A stretch of DNA of 62,781 nucleotides from the IMG/VR virus record IMGVR_UViG_3300036840_000070, positions 1 to 62,781 of that record. One strand, given 5' to 3'. Every line of letters starts with the position of its first letter. The first letter of the stretch is position 1. The position numbers and the translations under genes are program-made. Below the pieces are notes generated by a model that searched no databases, was not told where the DNA came from, and saw nothing but the letters and a program-made list of their open reading frames with translations. This DNA is from a virus. Taxonomy: Duplodnaviria > Caudoviricetes. Below are positions 18,294 through 27,805 of this stretch, piece after piece.

Positions 18294-19754
18294 ATGGGGT
18301 TTAGAAACACCGCCACGGCGTACGGGCTGGGCGTCACGCTCACGCAGCTCGATGCCGAGCCCGCGAACGACACCACCACGCCGCAGCGGGAGGTGCCCGA
18401 ATACAAGTGGATCCACTGCGCCAACGAGGGCGAATACCTGGGGCACCATCAGGGCCCGTTCGAGCTCACGCGCCAGGTGTTCGAGACCTTCGTGCGGAAT
18501 TTCCGCGAGGATCCGCAGTACCGCGCGGGCAAGCTCGAGCTAGCTGACGGGCAGACGCACACGGGTGGCGTGCAGCCCGTGATTCAATTCGACTACGAGC
18601 ACGCGTCCGAAATGCCACCGTGGGAGGGCTCGATCCCGCGCGAAGGCGCGCCCGCCTGCGCCTGGGCGCTCGAGGTGGCCATCCGCAACGGGGCCGATGG
18701 CAAGGCTCAGCTCTGGGCGTTCGCGCACCTGCTGCGGGGGCTGCGTGCGCAGATCGCGGAGGGCGCGCAGCGCTTCGTGTCGATCGCCTTCACGCTGGAT
18801 GGCGTCCACTGGATCACCGGAAAGCCTATCGGTCCGTGTCTCACATCCATCGCGATCACAAACCACCCGTACATGCGAGACCTCACTCCGCTCGCTGCCG
18901 CTGCGCGTGCTGCTAGCGCTGGGGCTGCAGCCGGGTTAAAACCATCGGGCAGCTCGTCGGAGGCGCCCGGCGGTCGCATTAAAGGCACGGGTGCATCCAT
19001 GAACGCAGAAGAGCAGTTGACCGCGCTACGCGCGCGGCTGTGCAAAGGGCTCAACATCCGCACGCTGGCGACCGACGATGAGATCGCGGGCGCGGTGGAC
19101 GAAGCCGTAAAGAAGGGCTCCGATCTGGAGAGCCTCCTCGAAGCGATGGGCGTAGCGAACGCCGGTGAAGCCCTGAAGACGGTTCCGGTGCTGCGTGAGG
19201 CACGCGACAAGCTCGCGGGCTACGTATCGCAGATCGATGAGCTGCTGCAGGCGCAAGCCGCAGCGGACGCGGAGGTGGCGCCGCAGGAAGTGGGCGCTGC
19301 GATGAGCGCGGCAAAGATGACGGGCGAAGGCGCGAAGAAGGCGCTCAGCGTGATGCGCGATCACTGCATCGCCACCGAGGTGGAAAAGCTCGAGCGATCG
19401 AAGCCCGCGGGGCAGAAGCCCACCGCCACCGAGATCATGGCGGCGCGCAAGACCGGGCGTGAGGTCTTCCTCCGTGAATACGGCGTGACCGATCCCGCGA
19501 AGGTCATGCTCACCCGCACGCTGGCGGCGGGCCCTGGCGACACCCAGGTGGCGCCACCGAAGACGCTGCAGATCGACAGCAGCGGCAGTGATGATGGACC
19601 GCAGATCGATTTGCGCTCCTTCAAGGGCAACACGGTGCAGCGGCTCATGCAGCACCTGTCGAAGACCGAGGGGAAGAAGTTCGATGATCTGCCGCTCGAG
19701 CGGCGCATCGAACGGGCGTCGGTGCTGAAGCACACGGCGCAGCTGATCACCTGA
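18294..19754 (+). CDS. Mu-like prohead protease I / scaffold
   Basis: FDYEH, A..W, FVSIAF, SIAITNHPY; long helical C-terminus. Confidence 0.85.
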   Translation: MGFRNTATAYGLGVTLTQLDAEPANDTTTPQREVPEYKWIHCANEGEYLGHHQGPFELTRQVFETFVRNFREDPQYRAGKLELADGQTHTGGVQPVIQFDYEHASEMPPWEGSIPREGAPACAWALEVAIRNGADGKAQLWAFAHLLRGLRAQIAEGAQRFVSIAFTLDGVHWITGKPIGPCLTSIAITNHPYMRDLTPLAAAARAASAGAAAGLKPSGSSSEAPGGRIKGTGASMNAEEQLTALRARLCKGLNIRTLATDDEIAGAVDEAVKKGSDLESLLEAMGVANAGEALKTVPVLREARDKLAGYVSQIDELLQAQAAADAEVAPQEVGAAMSAAKMTGEGAKKALSVMRDHCIATEVEKLERSKPAGQKPTATEIMAARKTGREVFLREYGVTDPAKVMLTRTLAAGPGDTQVAPPKTLQIDSSGSDDGPQIDLRSFKGNTVQRLMQHLSKTEGKKFDDLPLERRIERASVLKHTAQLIT

Positions 19755-19795
19755 AGCCGCACCTGCGGCACCACGAACAACCATCCACATAACCA

Positions 19796-19841
19796 CGAGG
19801 GAGGCGCACCTCGCGGGCATGCCGGAGCAGCAACGCTCCGG
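19796..19841 (+). promoter_or_regulatory. Two-hairpin leader motif, copy A
   Basis: 20-nt identity with 24962-24981 plus GGAGC/GCTCC stem. Confidence 0.55.
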
Positions 19842-19861
19842 GTGACTCCAAGGAGCAGTCA

Positions 19862-20251
19862 ATGCCTCAGCCTCGTGCAATCGTGCCGGACAACGGTGGC
19901 GTCCGTGCCGGCTACAACGGAACCGGATCGACGATCGCGAAGTATCGCATCGTCAAACGCGCCACTACCGCCGTCGATGGCGTCACGCCAGGAACCGACG
20001 GCTCTGACGTCCTGCACGGCGTGACGATGCAAGCCATCAGCGATGGCTACGCGGGCGACGTGCAGGTGGCGGGGCGCGCGCTGGTGGAGGCCGGCGTGGC
20101 CATCACCATCGGCGCGAAGATCACCGCCGGCGCGGGAGGCAAAGCCGCCATCGCCTCGAGCGGCAACCAGATCATCGGCGTAGCCAACAGCACTGCAGCC
20201 GTGGATGGCGACGTCATCGAGGTCGACATCACGCGCGGCACCGCGCCCTGA
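19862..20251 (+). CDS. Capsid decoration/cement protein (DUF2190-like)
   Basis: VEAG.AI.IG.KI...A.GKA pattern; lies between protease and capsid. Confidence 0.75.
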   Translation: MPQPRAIVPDNGGVRAGYNGTGSTIAKYRIVKRATTAVDGVTPGTDGSDVLHGVTMQAISDGYAGDVQVAGRALVEAGVAITIGAKITAGAGGKAAIASSGNQIIGVANSTAAVDGDVIEVDITRGTAP

Positions 20252-20278
20252 AAACCCTTCTCTCACGCAGGACCAGTC

Positions 20279-21364
20279 ATGACTTCATCAGCACTCAAAA
20301 TCCCTGCTGGGCTCGGTGGCATGCAGCAGATCACCCTCCGCCTGGCGGAGGACAACGAATACGGCAAAGCCGGATCCGTCGTGCGCCTCGCGCTGTACCC
20401 GGGCGACGTCACCATCAGCGAGGAGATGGACACCTTCCTGGTGGCCTTCTCACCGCCGGAATTCCGCGCCGATGACGTGTGCCCGATCCAGCTCGTGGAT
20501 AAGGATACGGGCAAGTATCGCATCTTTGGTCTCAACAACGCTTTCCGCGCGGTCAACGTGCTGAGCTCGATCCAGGCAGACATTCCTGAGGTCGACGTCG
20601 ACACCACGCTGGCGGACTACGCGGTGCAGGAGCGCGCGCTTGGCGGCTTCGTGCCCACGGTCACGGAGATCAACGCGGCAGCAGGCTCTAGCTCATGGGA
20701 TCCGCGCACCGCGCTCGCGCGCCGCATCGGCTGGGCGCTGGCGCTGGACCGCGAGATTCGCGTGTGGACGATGCTGAAGACGGCGGCTTCGTGGAACGCG
20801 AACAACCGCGCCACCATCAGCGCGGGAGCTGAGTGGAACGACATCGAGAATGGCGATCCGATGCTGGACATCATGGACCGCATCCAGGCGTCAGCGCAGC
20901 CGGTGACGGACATCTGGGTGAACCCACCCGTCGCGCACGCGATGCTGCGCAGCAAGGCAGTGCGCGAACACATGCGCACGCTGGCGGGCGATTCACAGCT
21001 GCCCGCGCAAATCGCTCAGGCCACCGCCACGCAGCGCCAGATGGATTTCCAGATCCCGGGCTTGCCCCCCATCCACGTGGTGGGCAGCAAGGTGCTGAAC
21101 GAGACCACGGGCGTGCCCGACTGGATCTTGGATGACACCGTCATCCTGACGTCCCGCGGCGGCGGCGGCGCGGTGGGCGATGAGATCATGACGTGCAAGA
21201 CGTTCCGCCGGCGGGGGCCCTCGGGAACGGGCTTCACCACGCGCGAATTCCCGCTCGATCGGCGCGGCCTGCACGGCGGCACGTTCATGGCCTCGGGCCA
21301 CGCCGAGCAGGTCGTCATGGTGGCGGGCACCGTGGGCGGCGCCATCTACGACGTGCTGCAGTGA
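20279..21364 (+). CDS. Major capsid protein
   Basis: 361 aa, position, W.....DP..DI and P...W.N motifs. Confidence 0.8.
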   Translation: MTSSALKIPAGLGGMQQITLRLAEDNEYGKAGSVVRLALYPGDVTISEEMDTFLVAFSPPEFRADDVCPIQLVDKDTGKYRIFGLNNAFRAVNVLSSIQADIPEVDVDTTLADYAVQERALGGFVPTVTEINAAAGSSSWDPRTALARRIGWALALDREIRVWTMLKTAASWNANNRATISAGAEWNDIENGDPMLDIMDRIQASAQPVTDIWVNPPVAHAMLRSKAVREHMRTLAGDSQLPAQIAQATATQRQMDFQIPGLPPIHVVGSKVLNETTGVPDWILDDTVILTSRGGGGAVGDEIMTCKTFRRRGPSGTGFTTREFPLDRRGLHGGTFMASGHAEQVVMVAGTVGGAIYDVLQ

Positions 21365-21570
21365 CCACTCCGACCGTGAGCTACGCAGCTGCGGGGGGCG
21401 GGAAGCCGCCTGAGCTCGACCGCAGGACGCTGGTGCGCATGATCATCGCGGCGGTGCTGGGCGCCGCCAGCGTGCTGGGCATCAGCGAAGCAGTGGAGGA
21501 TTCGCCCGTGCAGGTCGTCTGCCCACCACCCGCACGGGTGGGCGTGACCGTGGACGCTGGCACGCGCTAA
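21361..21570 (+). CDS. Small single-TM protein
   Basis: GTGA overlap; MIIAAVLGAASVLGI. Confidence 0.5.
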   Translation: MTTPTVSYAAAGGGKPPELDRRTLVRMIIAAVLGAASVLGISEAVEDSPVQVVCPPPARVGVTVDAGTR

Positions 21571-21641
21571 CCGCATCTGTCACACCGAAGGCGAGGGGCC
21601 TGCGAACCATGGGGGGCGCGGGCCCTTCACCTTTTGTGGCT

Positions 21642-21956
21642 ATGGCGTTGACGGAACTGGCGAAGCTGGTGGGCAAAGAAGCGGGCGCGTTCATCTGGCG
21701 CCAGGCGCTGAAGCTGATCCGCCGCGAGACGCGCGATGGCAGATCGCTCGATTTCGGCGCGGGTGAGCAGGGCCCGCCGCAGCCCATCTCACACGCGATG
21801 GCTGACGATCAGCTGCGGCAAGCGCGCGCTGCTGCGCAGCCGTGGCCATGCGCAGAGTGTGGTGGCGCCACCACGCATCGCCCGACGTGCCCGCGCGCGT
21901 ACGTGCCGCATCCCGCTCTGCGCAAGGCACCACCACCGCACAAGCCCCGGAAGTGA
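21642..21956 (+). CDS. Hypothetical protein (CAEC...H...C)
   Basis: ORF fills the gap. Confidence 0.5.
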   Translation: MALTELAKLVGKEAGAFIWRQALKLIRRETRDGRSLDFGAGEQGPPQPISHAMADDQLRQARAAAQPWPCAECGGATTHRPTCPRAYVPHPALRKAPPPHKPRK

Positions 21957-21962
21957 TACGCT
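21953..21962 (+). promoter_or_regulatory. GTGATAnnnT extended -10-like element
   Basis: GTGATACGCT; flanks nearly identical to 33822. Confidence 0.55.
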
Positions 21963-21983
21963 GCGCGTGAAGGGAGGCTGTCC

Positions 21984-22301
21984 ATGGCAGCAGCAACGAA
22001 AGAGCAGGCACCGCCGCCGAGCGACGTTGGCGCGGATCTGGTGGGTAAGGTCGAATACCGGCCCACGCCCGGCGTGCACATCGCGGAGGCGGGCAAGGTA
22101 GCGCTGGGCAATTGGGTGGGCCGGATCGGCAACCGCAACGTGCGGGTCTACTACGGGGCGCCCGCCACGAAGATCCCGGCAGCCGTGCAGGCAGCGATGG
22201 CGAAGTCAGGCGTGGAGGTGGGCGTGGTGACGTACGAGGAGCTGGGGCTCGTGAAGGCACCGCGGCGGCGCGGCGCGATCGTGCTGCCTCCGGAGGCGTG
22301 A
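21984..22301 (+). CDS. Hypothetical virion-module protein
   Basis: GGGAGG RBS. Confidence 0.65.
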   Translation: MAAATKEQAPPPSDVGADLVGKVEYRPTPGVHIAEAGKVALGNWVGRIGNRNVRVYYGAPATKIPAAVQAAMAKSGVEVGVVTYEELGLVKAPRRRGAIVLPPEA

Positions 22302-22304
22302 TCC

Positions 22305-22802
22305 ATGGCGGTGACCTTCGGCACCCGCGCAGACCTCGAGGCACGCATCGGCGCGGCGCGCGTGGTGCAGCTGTTCGATGACGATGGCGACGGATTGGTG
22401 GAGGGAGCCGACCTGGCCACGCTGCAGCAGACGCTCGGTGACGCGGACGACGTGGTCACCGGGCTGCTGCTCAATAAAGGCTTCACGCTCGAGCAGCTCG
22501 AAATCCTGAAGGGCGATCGCCAGGTGCTGCGCGCGTGGGCGGGCATCGCGGCGCAGCTGGCGGGTGAGCGCAGGCCCGAGTGGCTGGATGACGAGGGCCT
22601 CGGGCCCTTCGATGCGCTGGGGATCCGCGCGCGCGCCGAGCTCAAAGCGCTGGCGGCCGGCGAGATTCGCAGCGTGAAGGAGGCTGAGACGGGCGGCACC
22701 GGGATGAATCCGATCCTGCAGAGCGACACCACCGACCGCCCCTTCATCTTCAACCCCGATCCACGCGATGGCACCGACCGCTTCGGGCCCGGAGGCTTCT
22801 GA
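22305..22802 (+). CDS. Head-tail adaptor (Mu gp36 / DUF1320-like)
   Basis: T.ADL..R.G...V.QL.DD; L..LA.GEI; position. Confidence 0.75.
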   Translation: MAVTFGTRADLEARIGAARVVQLFDDDGDGLVEGADLATLQQTLGDADDVVTGLLLNKGFTLEQLEILKGDRQVLRAWAGIAAQLAGERRPEWLDDEGLGPFDALGIRARAELKALAAGEIRSVKEAETGGTGMNPILQSDTTDRPFIFNPDPRDGTDRFGPGGF

Positions 22803-23338
22803 TGGGCATCTACGATCCAAAGCTCGAGTGGTGGGAACTGCAGGGAGCCCTCGGCGTGTACGAGCGCCGGGGCAACCAGATCTCAGCGCTGGCCCCCGCC
22901 GTTGCCGACAGCCTCGTGGCTGAGGTGCTGAACGTGTTTGAAACCGAGGGCTATGGGCAGTGGCCCCGCTTCTGGTGGGAGCGCCGCGGGCTGCCGAAGC
23001 CCGGTGAGGCCTTCTCCGGTCCGATCCAGCGCGGGCAAACCAAGCGCCAGAAGCGGCTCTTGCGGCGGAAGAAGGTCTCGAAGCGCAATCGCCGATGGCA
23101 GGGCACGCCGAAGCTGCTGCAGGACACGGGTAACCTGGTGGGCTCCATCACGCCCGATCACCACGGCATCACCGCCGAGGCCTACACGAATGTGCCTTAC
23201 GCGAAGTATCACGCGAGCCGCCGGCCACGTTCGAAGATCCCGCTGCGTGACTTCTTCGCGATCGATCAGGCAGCGTTCACGCGCGATGTGACGGACATGG
23301 TGCTGCGCTTCATGGCCACGCCGATTGCAGCCGAGTGA
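22802..23338 (+). CDS. Virion morphogenesis protein (Mu gpG-like)
   Basis: F.TEG...W, LQDTG.L..SI, TNVPYA.YH, IP.R.F. Confidence 0.8.
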   Translation: MGIYDPKLEWWELQGALGVYERRGNQISALAPAVADSLVAEVLNVFETEGYGQWPRFWWERRGLPKPGEAFSGPIQRGQTKRQKRLLRRKKVSKRNRRWQGTPKLLQDTGNLVGSITPDHHGITAEAYTNVPYAKYHASRRPRSKIPLRDFFAIDQAAFTRDVTDMVLRFMATPIAAE

Positions 23339-23384
23339 CCGTTTGCACGGGTGCACGGCTGCACGAATGCACGGAGGGACGCAT
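23337..23384 (+). repeat. GCAC-box array 2
   Basis: gaccgttt gcacgggt gcacggct gcacgaat gcacggag ggacgcat; ends on ATG 23383. Confidence 0.85.
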
Positions 23385-23736
23385 GGGTAACACGGCAAAG
23401 GCCAGGCACCGGCGCAGGCGCCGCGCGCGCCGCCGGCAGGAGCAGATCAACCGGACGGCGGCGCAGCTGGCGCGGCAGGTGCTCGGGCGCGATCCCGCGT
23501 GGCATGAGGTGACCGTCGAATACGACCGCGGCTACTACGTGGTGCGCGTGGACGGCGTGATCGTGCGGGAGGGCAACACGCTGCGCGCGCAGGCGCGGGT
23601 GCCCTTCAGCCTGCACGCGGAGGGGCCCCTGCTGAACTTCTTCGCGTGGCCGATGCCTGGGCGCACCGAGGGCATCCTCACCACCACCAGCGAGCCCCCG
23701 GGGAAGGCGCCCCTGCAGCGCTTCGAGCATGGCTGA
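23383..23736 (+). CDS. Moron-like hypothetical protein inside the neck module
   Basis: GGAGGG RBS inside the array; Arg-rich N-terminus. Confidence 0.55.
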   Translation: MGNTAKARHRRRRRARRRQEQINRTAAQLARQVLGRDPAWHEVTVEYDRGYYVVRVDGVIVREGNTLRAQARVPFSLHAEGPLLNFFAWPMPGRTEGILTTTSEPPGKAPLQRFEHG

Positions 23737-24685
23737 CGACATCACGGTTAACCACATCGAGCGGCTGGCTCGCGCCATCCTGGCGCAGCTGGCCCCGCTC
23801 ACGGGGGCGCGCGCCACCGGCGTGGTGAGTGTCACGGCCAACAGCGTGCCAGGCGATCACCGCCTGCCCGCGAACAGCTATCTGCTGCCGGTGGTGGGCG
23901 GGCAGCTGCGGCACGATCTGGCCTTCAAGGTGCAGCCAAATCCCGCCACCACCGATGGCGCGTGGGAATGCGACACGTCCGAAACCACGAACGTGCCCGT
24001 GACCAGCAACGTCGGTGGCAAGAGGCACAACGTGCCAGCGGACGCCCAATTTCGCTTCGATCCGCCGGTGGCGGGATTCCAACCCACAGCAACGCTCGAA
24101 GGCGCGATGACGGGCGGAAGCAACACGGGCGCGCTGGCGAAGAGCGTGGCGTTCTTCGAAGACCTGGACGTGAGCGATCCATCGCAAGACCTTTTCGCTG
24201 CGATGGTGGAGCTGCCGGGGCTCCTGCTGATCTGGACCGGCAGCGAGCCTGCCGAGGGCACCACCGCCGGGCTGCGCCAGGGCTCCACCCGTCAGCAGCG
24301 CGGCGCGCGCATCATCCGCGAGTCCTTCCAGCTGTATGTAGTATCCGGGCGCCTCGGCAGCGACAGCAACCGGCGGCAGGAGGGCCTGGTGCTCATGCAG
24401 GCAGCCACGCGCCTGCTCACCGATCACATGCAGAATCGCGACGGCGAGCAGCTGTCGACCGCCGGCGCAGGGCTCGAGGTGAACGAGCGGCGGCGCGTGG
24501 ATCGCGGGCAGCAGGCTTACCTGTACATGATCGGGCTGCGCACGAACCAGACGCTGCTCAGCTTTGACGAGCGCACGTTCAACGTGTGGGAGCGTACGCG
24601 CTTCGAGCTCGCACTGCCGGCGCGTGAGGATCCCGAGCCCACCGCGCCCTTCGGCGTAGTGGACGCGACCGAGCCTATGCCGTAG
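23729..24685 (+). CDS. Putative tail terminator/neck protein (Mu gp37 position) with J-like insert
   Basis: Synteny; internal similarity to the baseplate J protein of this genome. Confidence 0.55.
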   Translation: MADDITVNHIERLARAILAQLAPLTGARATGVVSVTANSVPGDHRLPANSYLLPVVGGQLRHDLAFKVQPNPATTDGAWECDTSETTNVPVTSNVGGKRHNVPADAQFRFDPPVAGFQPTATLEGAMTGGSNTGALAKSVAFFEDLDVSDPSQDLFAAMVELPGLLLIWTGSEPAEGTTAGLRQGSTRQQRGARIIRESFQLYVVSGRLGSDSNRRQEGLVLMQAATRLLTDHMQNRDGEQLSTAGAGLEVNERRRVDRGQQAYLYMIGLRTNQTLLSFDERTFNVWERTRFELALPAREDPEPTAPFGVVDATEPMP

Positions 24686-24695
24686 CCTTCCCGGC

Positions 24696-25058
24696 ATGAG
24701 CGACGTCGAGGGGTTTGGGTTGTTCGTCAGCAGCGTCGAAGGTCAGCCGGTGCATCGCTTCGGCTCGCCAACGATCCTCATCGGCGCGGACCGCAACCCC
24801 GACGAGCCGCGGAAGATCATCTACCGCACCCAGGAGGTGGTGGGGATCCCGCGCGCAGAGGCTCAGCGGTACGCGCGCGAATACGCGCGGGCCATCGCGG
24901 ATGGCGCGCTCACCGAGCGCACCGCGGAGGAGTATCGTAGGCAGCAGCAGTCATCCACCACCGAGGGAGGCGCACCTCGCGAAACGCAGGAGCTGACGGC
25001 TCCGGCAGAACAGCGAGCGCAGAGTGGCCCTTCCGAAAGCGGTAGCCAGCTCGGTTAA
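24696..25058 (+). CDS. Pre-sheath protein (Mu gp38-like)
   Basis: Y.RAI.DG.L motif; position. Confidence 0.6.
   Translation: MSDVEGFGLFVSSVEGQPVHRFGSPTILIGADRNPDEPRKIIYRTQEVVGIPRAEAQRYAREYARAIADGALTERTAEEYRRQQQSSTTEGGAPRETQELTAPAEQRAQSGPSESGSQLG
24962..25005 (+). promoter_or_regulatory. Two-hairpin leader motif, copy B
   Basis: See 19796; 62 nt before the sheath start. Confidence 0.55.
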
Positions 25059-26532
25059 AGCACCGGGCTTCTATCTACTGATCAACCTGCTGGCGTCGCC
25101 CGCCAACCCGGGCACCGCAGCGAACCGGGCGCTGATCATGGCGCCCAAATCCAGCGCTGGAAACATCACCGCGAACACCGAGGTGCGCACATGCTTTGGG
25201 CCCACCGACGTGGCCACTGCGCTCGGGCCCGGCACGCCGGGGCACCTGGCAGCCAAGCGCCTGTTTCAGCGCTTCGGCACGGCATCCGTGGACGTCATCG
25301 CGCCCACGGCTAGCGGCGGCGCGGCAGCGAGCGGCACGCAAACCTTCAGCGGCACCGCGACAGAGAACAGCACCATCCGTCTAAGGGTACACGGGCGCAC
25401 GATCGATGTGCCGTGGCTCAGCGGCGAAGCGGCTGCTGCGTTTGCGACGCGAGCCTCGAGCTACGTCAATCAGCTGGGCGATGACCTATTCGTGACCACG
25501 TCACCCAGCACCGCGAGCGTGGTGTACACCGCGAAGATCGCGGGGCCCTGGGGCAACGACGTCACCCTCAACGCCAGCATCGTGGCGGGCGGCGGCGGCA
25601 TCACCATCAGCGCCAACCCGACGAACCTGACGGGCGGCACCACCGAGCCTAGCTTCGCGACGGCGCTGGCCACCATCGCAACGCGCGAATACCGCCGGAT
25701 CATCCCGTGCCTGAGCAACGCGGACGCGGCGGACACCAGCTCGAGCAGCAACGCCGAGCGCCTCGCGAACCACATCAATCAATACGAGCTCGGCGCGGGC
25801 GCGCTGCTGCAGGTGGGCGTCGTGGGCATGACGGGAACCACCACGAACGCGAAGGCGGGCGCCATCGACCGCAACAACGAGGCGATGGAGTATGTGCTCG
25901 GGCGCGGCTGGGATGACCTGCCCGCTGAGCTCGCCGGCGCGGAAGCGGGGGATGCGCTGCGGTGGATCGCGATCCGACCGAATTACAACCGCATCGGCAA
26001 CACGCACACGCTCTACGGTCCGCGTGACGTGGTGACAAACAAGCTCACCGATGCGGAGAAGGAGGATCTGCTCGCCAACGGCGTCACGCCGCTGGACGTG
26101 GATTCGATCACCGGCACGCCTTTCCTGGTGCGCCCGATCACCACTCACTCGGTGAGCGGCAGCACGCCGGATTATCGCGCGTTCGATCTGTCCGATGTGG
26201 ATGCGGTGTACAGCATCTTTCAAGACCTCCGCACCGCCACGCCGCAGCAGTTCGCGAACGCGAGCGTGACGGCAGACCAGCCCGCGGGCAGTGACCCGCT
26301 GCCGCCTGGCGTCGTGGAGGTGAAGGACATCCGCGCCTTCGTGATCAGCCGCCTGCGCTTCTGGGCGCGGCAGGGCGTGCTCAATAAGAGCGCGCTGGAC
26401 ACGGCCATCGATAACAACGAGCTGGCCGTTGAAATCGACGCGAGCGACGGAAGCCAGGTCAACATCTTCGTGCCGATGACGGTGATCAAGCCGCTGGCGA
26501 AGTTCAGCGCGGTGGGCAGCAAGGCCGCGTGA
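25024..26532 (+). CDS. Tail sheath protein (Mu gpL-like)
   Basis: 502 aa; PG.Y, TAK..G..GND, LL.NGVTPL, R.ITT motifs. Confidence 0.9.
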   Translation: MALPKAVASSVKAPGFYLLINLLASPANPGTAANRALIMAPKSSAGNITANTEVRTCFGPTDVATALGPGTPGHLAAKRLFQRFGTASVDVIAPTASGGAAASGTQTFSGTATENSTIRLRVHGRTIDVPWLSGEAAAAFATRASSYVNQLGDDLFVTTSPSTASVVYTAKIAGPWGNDVTLNASIVAGGGGITISANPTNLTGGTTEPSFATALATIATREYRRIIPCLSNADAADTSSSSNAERLANHINQYELGAGALLQVGVVGMTGTTTNAKAGAIDRNNEAMEYVLGRGWDDLPAELAGAEAGDALRWIAIRPNYNRIGNTHTLYGPRDVVTNKLTDAEKEDLLANGVTPLDVDSITGTPFLVRPITTHSVSGSTPDYRAFDLSDVDAVYSIFQDLRTATPQQFANASVTADQPAGSDPLPPGVVEVKDIRAFVISRLRFWARQGVLNKSALDTAIDNNELAVEIDASDGSQVNIFVPMTVIKPLAKFSAVGSKAA

Positions 26533-26546
26533 GGTGAGGAGGGACC

Positions 26547-26930
26547 ATGGCTGAACCGACGCTAATCTTCCCGAAGGCCTTCATCGCGCAAGGCAACGGC
26601 GACCTGATCCAGGTCCAGAATTTCAAGATCACCCTCACGAACGGCGGCAAACAGATCCACACGCTGCGGCGCAAGGGCGCGGGCGTGACCCTGGGCAACC
26701 AGGAGAGCACCGCCACGTTTGACTCCGCGATCGATGAGAACGGGAGCGAGCGCAACTATTGGAAGGACTGTATGCGCGGGATCATCCGGCAGCTGCGCGC
26801 GAAGGCACCCGGGCGCACGGTGCTGATCCTCAACGGCATCTACACGGGCGTGGATTTCGACGGCCCGATCGATGACGCGGCGAAGGTCAGCTGCACGTTC
26901 GTCGGGCACATGGAGGAGCCGGAAATCTGA
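26547..26930 (+). CDS. Tail tube protein
   Basis: Follows the sheath; beta-rich 127 aa. Confidence 0.75.
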   Translation: MAEPTLIFPKAFIAQGNGDLIQVQNFKITLTNGGKQIHTLRRKGAGVTLGNQESTATFDSAIDENGSERNYWKDCMRGIIRQLRAKAPGRTVLILNGIYTGVDFDGPIDDAAKVSCTFVGHMEEPEI

Positions 26931-26942
26931 TAAGCTCCGGGC

Positions 26943-27138
26943 TCGTCATCGATTCGGCCATCGCCCGCCCCGGATTGCCGCCGGGGCGGGCAGCTCCTAG
27001 CGGTGACGGCAGGCTTTATGGGGGCGGTTCGCAGCGCCGCGATTGGAGCCCCCCAATGATAGGGTCGCCATCTTCTTTGCAGGGTTTGAAGGTGGAAGTG
27101 GAAGCCGCATCGGGCGCTCGATGCGGCTTCTGCGTTTT
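26943..27138 (+). ncRNA. Candidate structured RNA or attenuator
   Basis: TGATAAGCT upstream; several stems; ends in a 12-bp hairpin plus T-rich tail. Confidence 0.4.
27101..27138 (+). terminator. Intrinsic terminator-like hairpin
   Basis: gaagccgcatcg-ggcgct-cgatgcggcttc-tgcgtttt. Confidence 0.65.
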
Positions 27139-27152
27139 GAGGAGGCGCTCTC

Positions 27153-27758
27153 ATGGACGAAGACAAAGCCGTTGCCCTGGTGCTCGAGAATTGGAACGCG
27201 CTCGGCGTGCAGGCGCATGGCGACATCCTGCACCTGCCCGCCGCGATCAAGCGGCGTGACGTGAAGGGCGCGCTCACCGAGGTGCGCGTGATGCTGCGCA
27301 ACGTGAGCAACGATCAGCTCATCAAAGCCCGCGTGCAGTCACGCCAGCTGGCGCTGGGCATGAAGCTGGACCTGGACCGCGACAAGGACCTGGTGGAGCA
27401 GCTCGAGAACTACGCCATCCTGGCGTTCGCGATCCGCGACGCACGGGCGCCCTTCGATCAGCACGTGCCGGACGCCGAGGAGCTGCTGCGGCGCTATGAC
27501 AACCAGTCGCTGAGTGAGCTCTGGGCCCGTTATAACGTGTGGGTCGACATGCTCGATCCGCGCTTCGGCGCGATGGATCACGAGCAGCTCTGGCGCGTCA
27601 TCGTGCGCATCGCTGCGGAGGGCAGCCCCAGCCCTTTAGTCGCTATGCCGTCCATCGAGCAGATCACCTGTATCACGCTCATGGCCAGGGAAGCCTTACA
27701 CTCACCGAATCGGCCCTCGTGGGCGCCGCCGCCCGCGACCTTGCGTGCGGCCTCCTGA
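27153..27758 (+). CDS. Tail assembly chaperone (possible -1 frameshift product ending 27796)
   Basis: Between tube and tape measure; C CCT TTA at 27632-27638. Confidence 0.7.
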   Translation: MDEDKAVALVLENWNALGVQAHGDILHLPAAIKRRDVKGALTEVRVMLRNVSNDQLIKARVQSRQLALGMKLDLDRDKDLVEQLENYAILAFAIRDARAPFDQHVPDAEELLRRYDNQSLSELWARYNVWVDMLDPRFGAMDHEQLWRVIVRIAAEGSPSPLVAMPSIEQITCITLMAREALHSPNRPSWAPPPATLRAAS

Positions 27759-27805
27759 CAGTGCAGCAGCTGCGTGCGATCATGGGCATGAAGTAGGGAG
27801 GCTCG

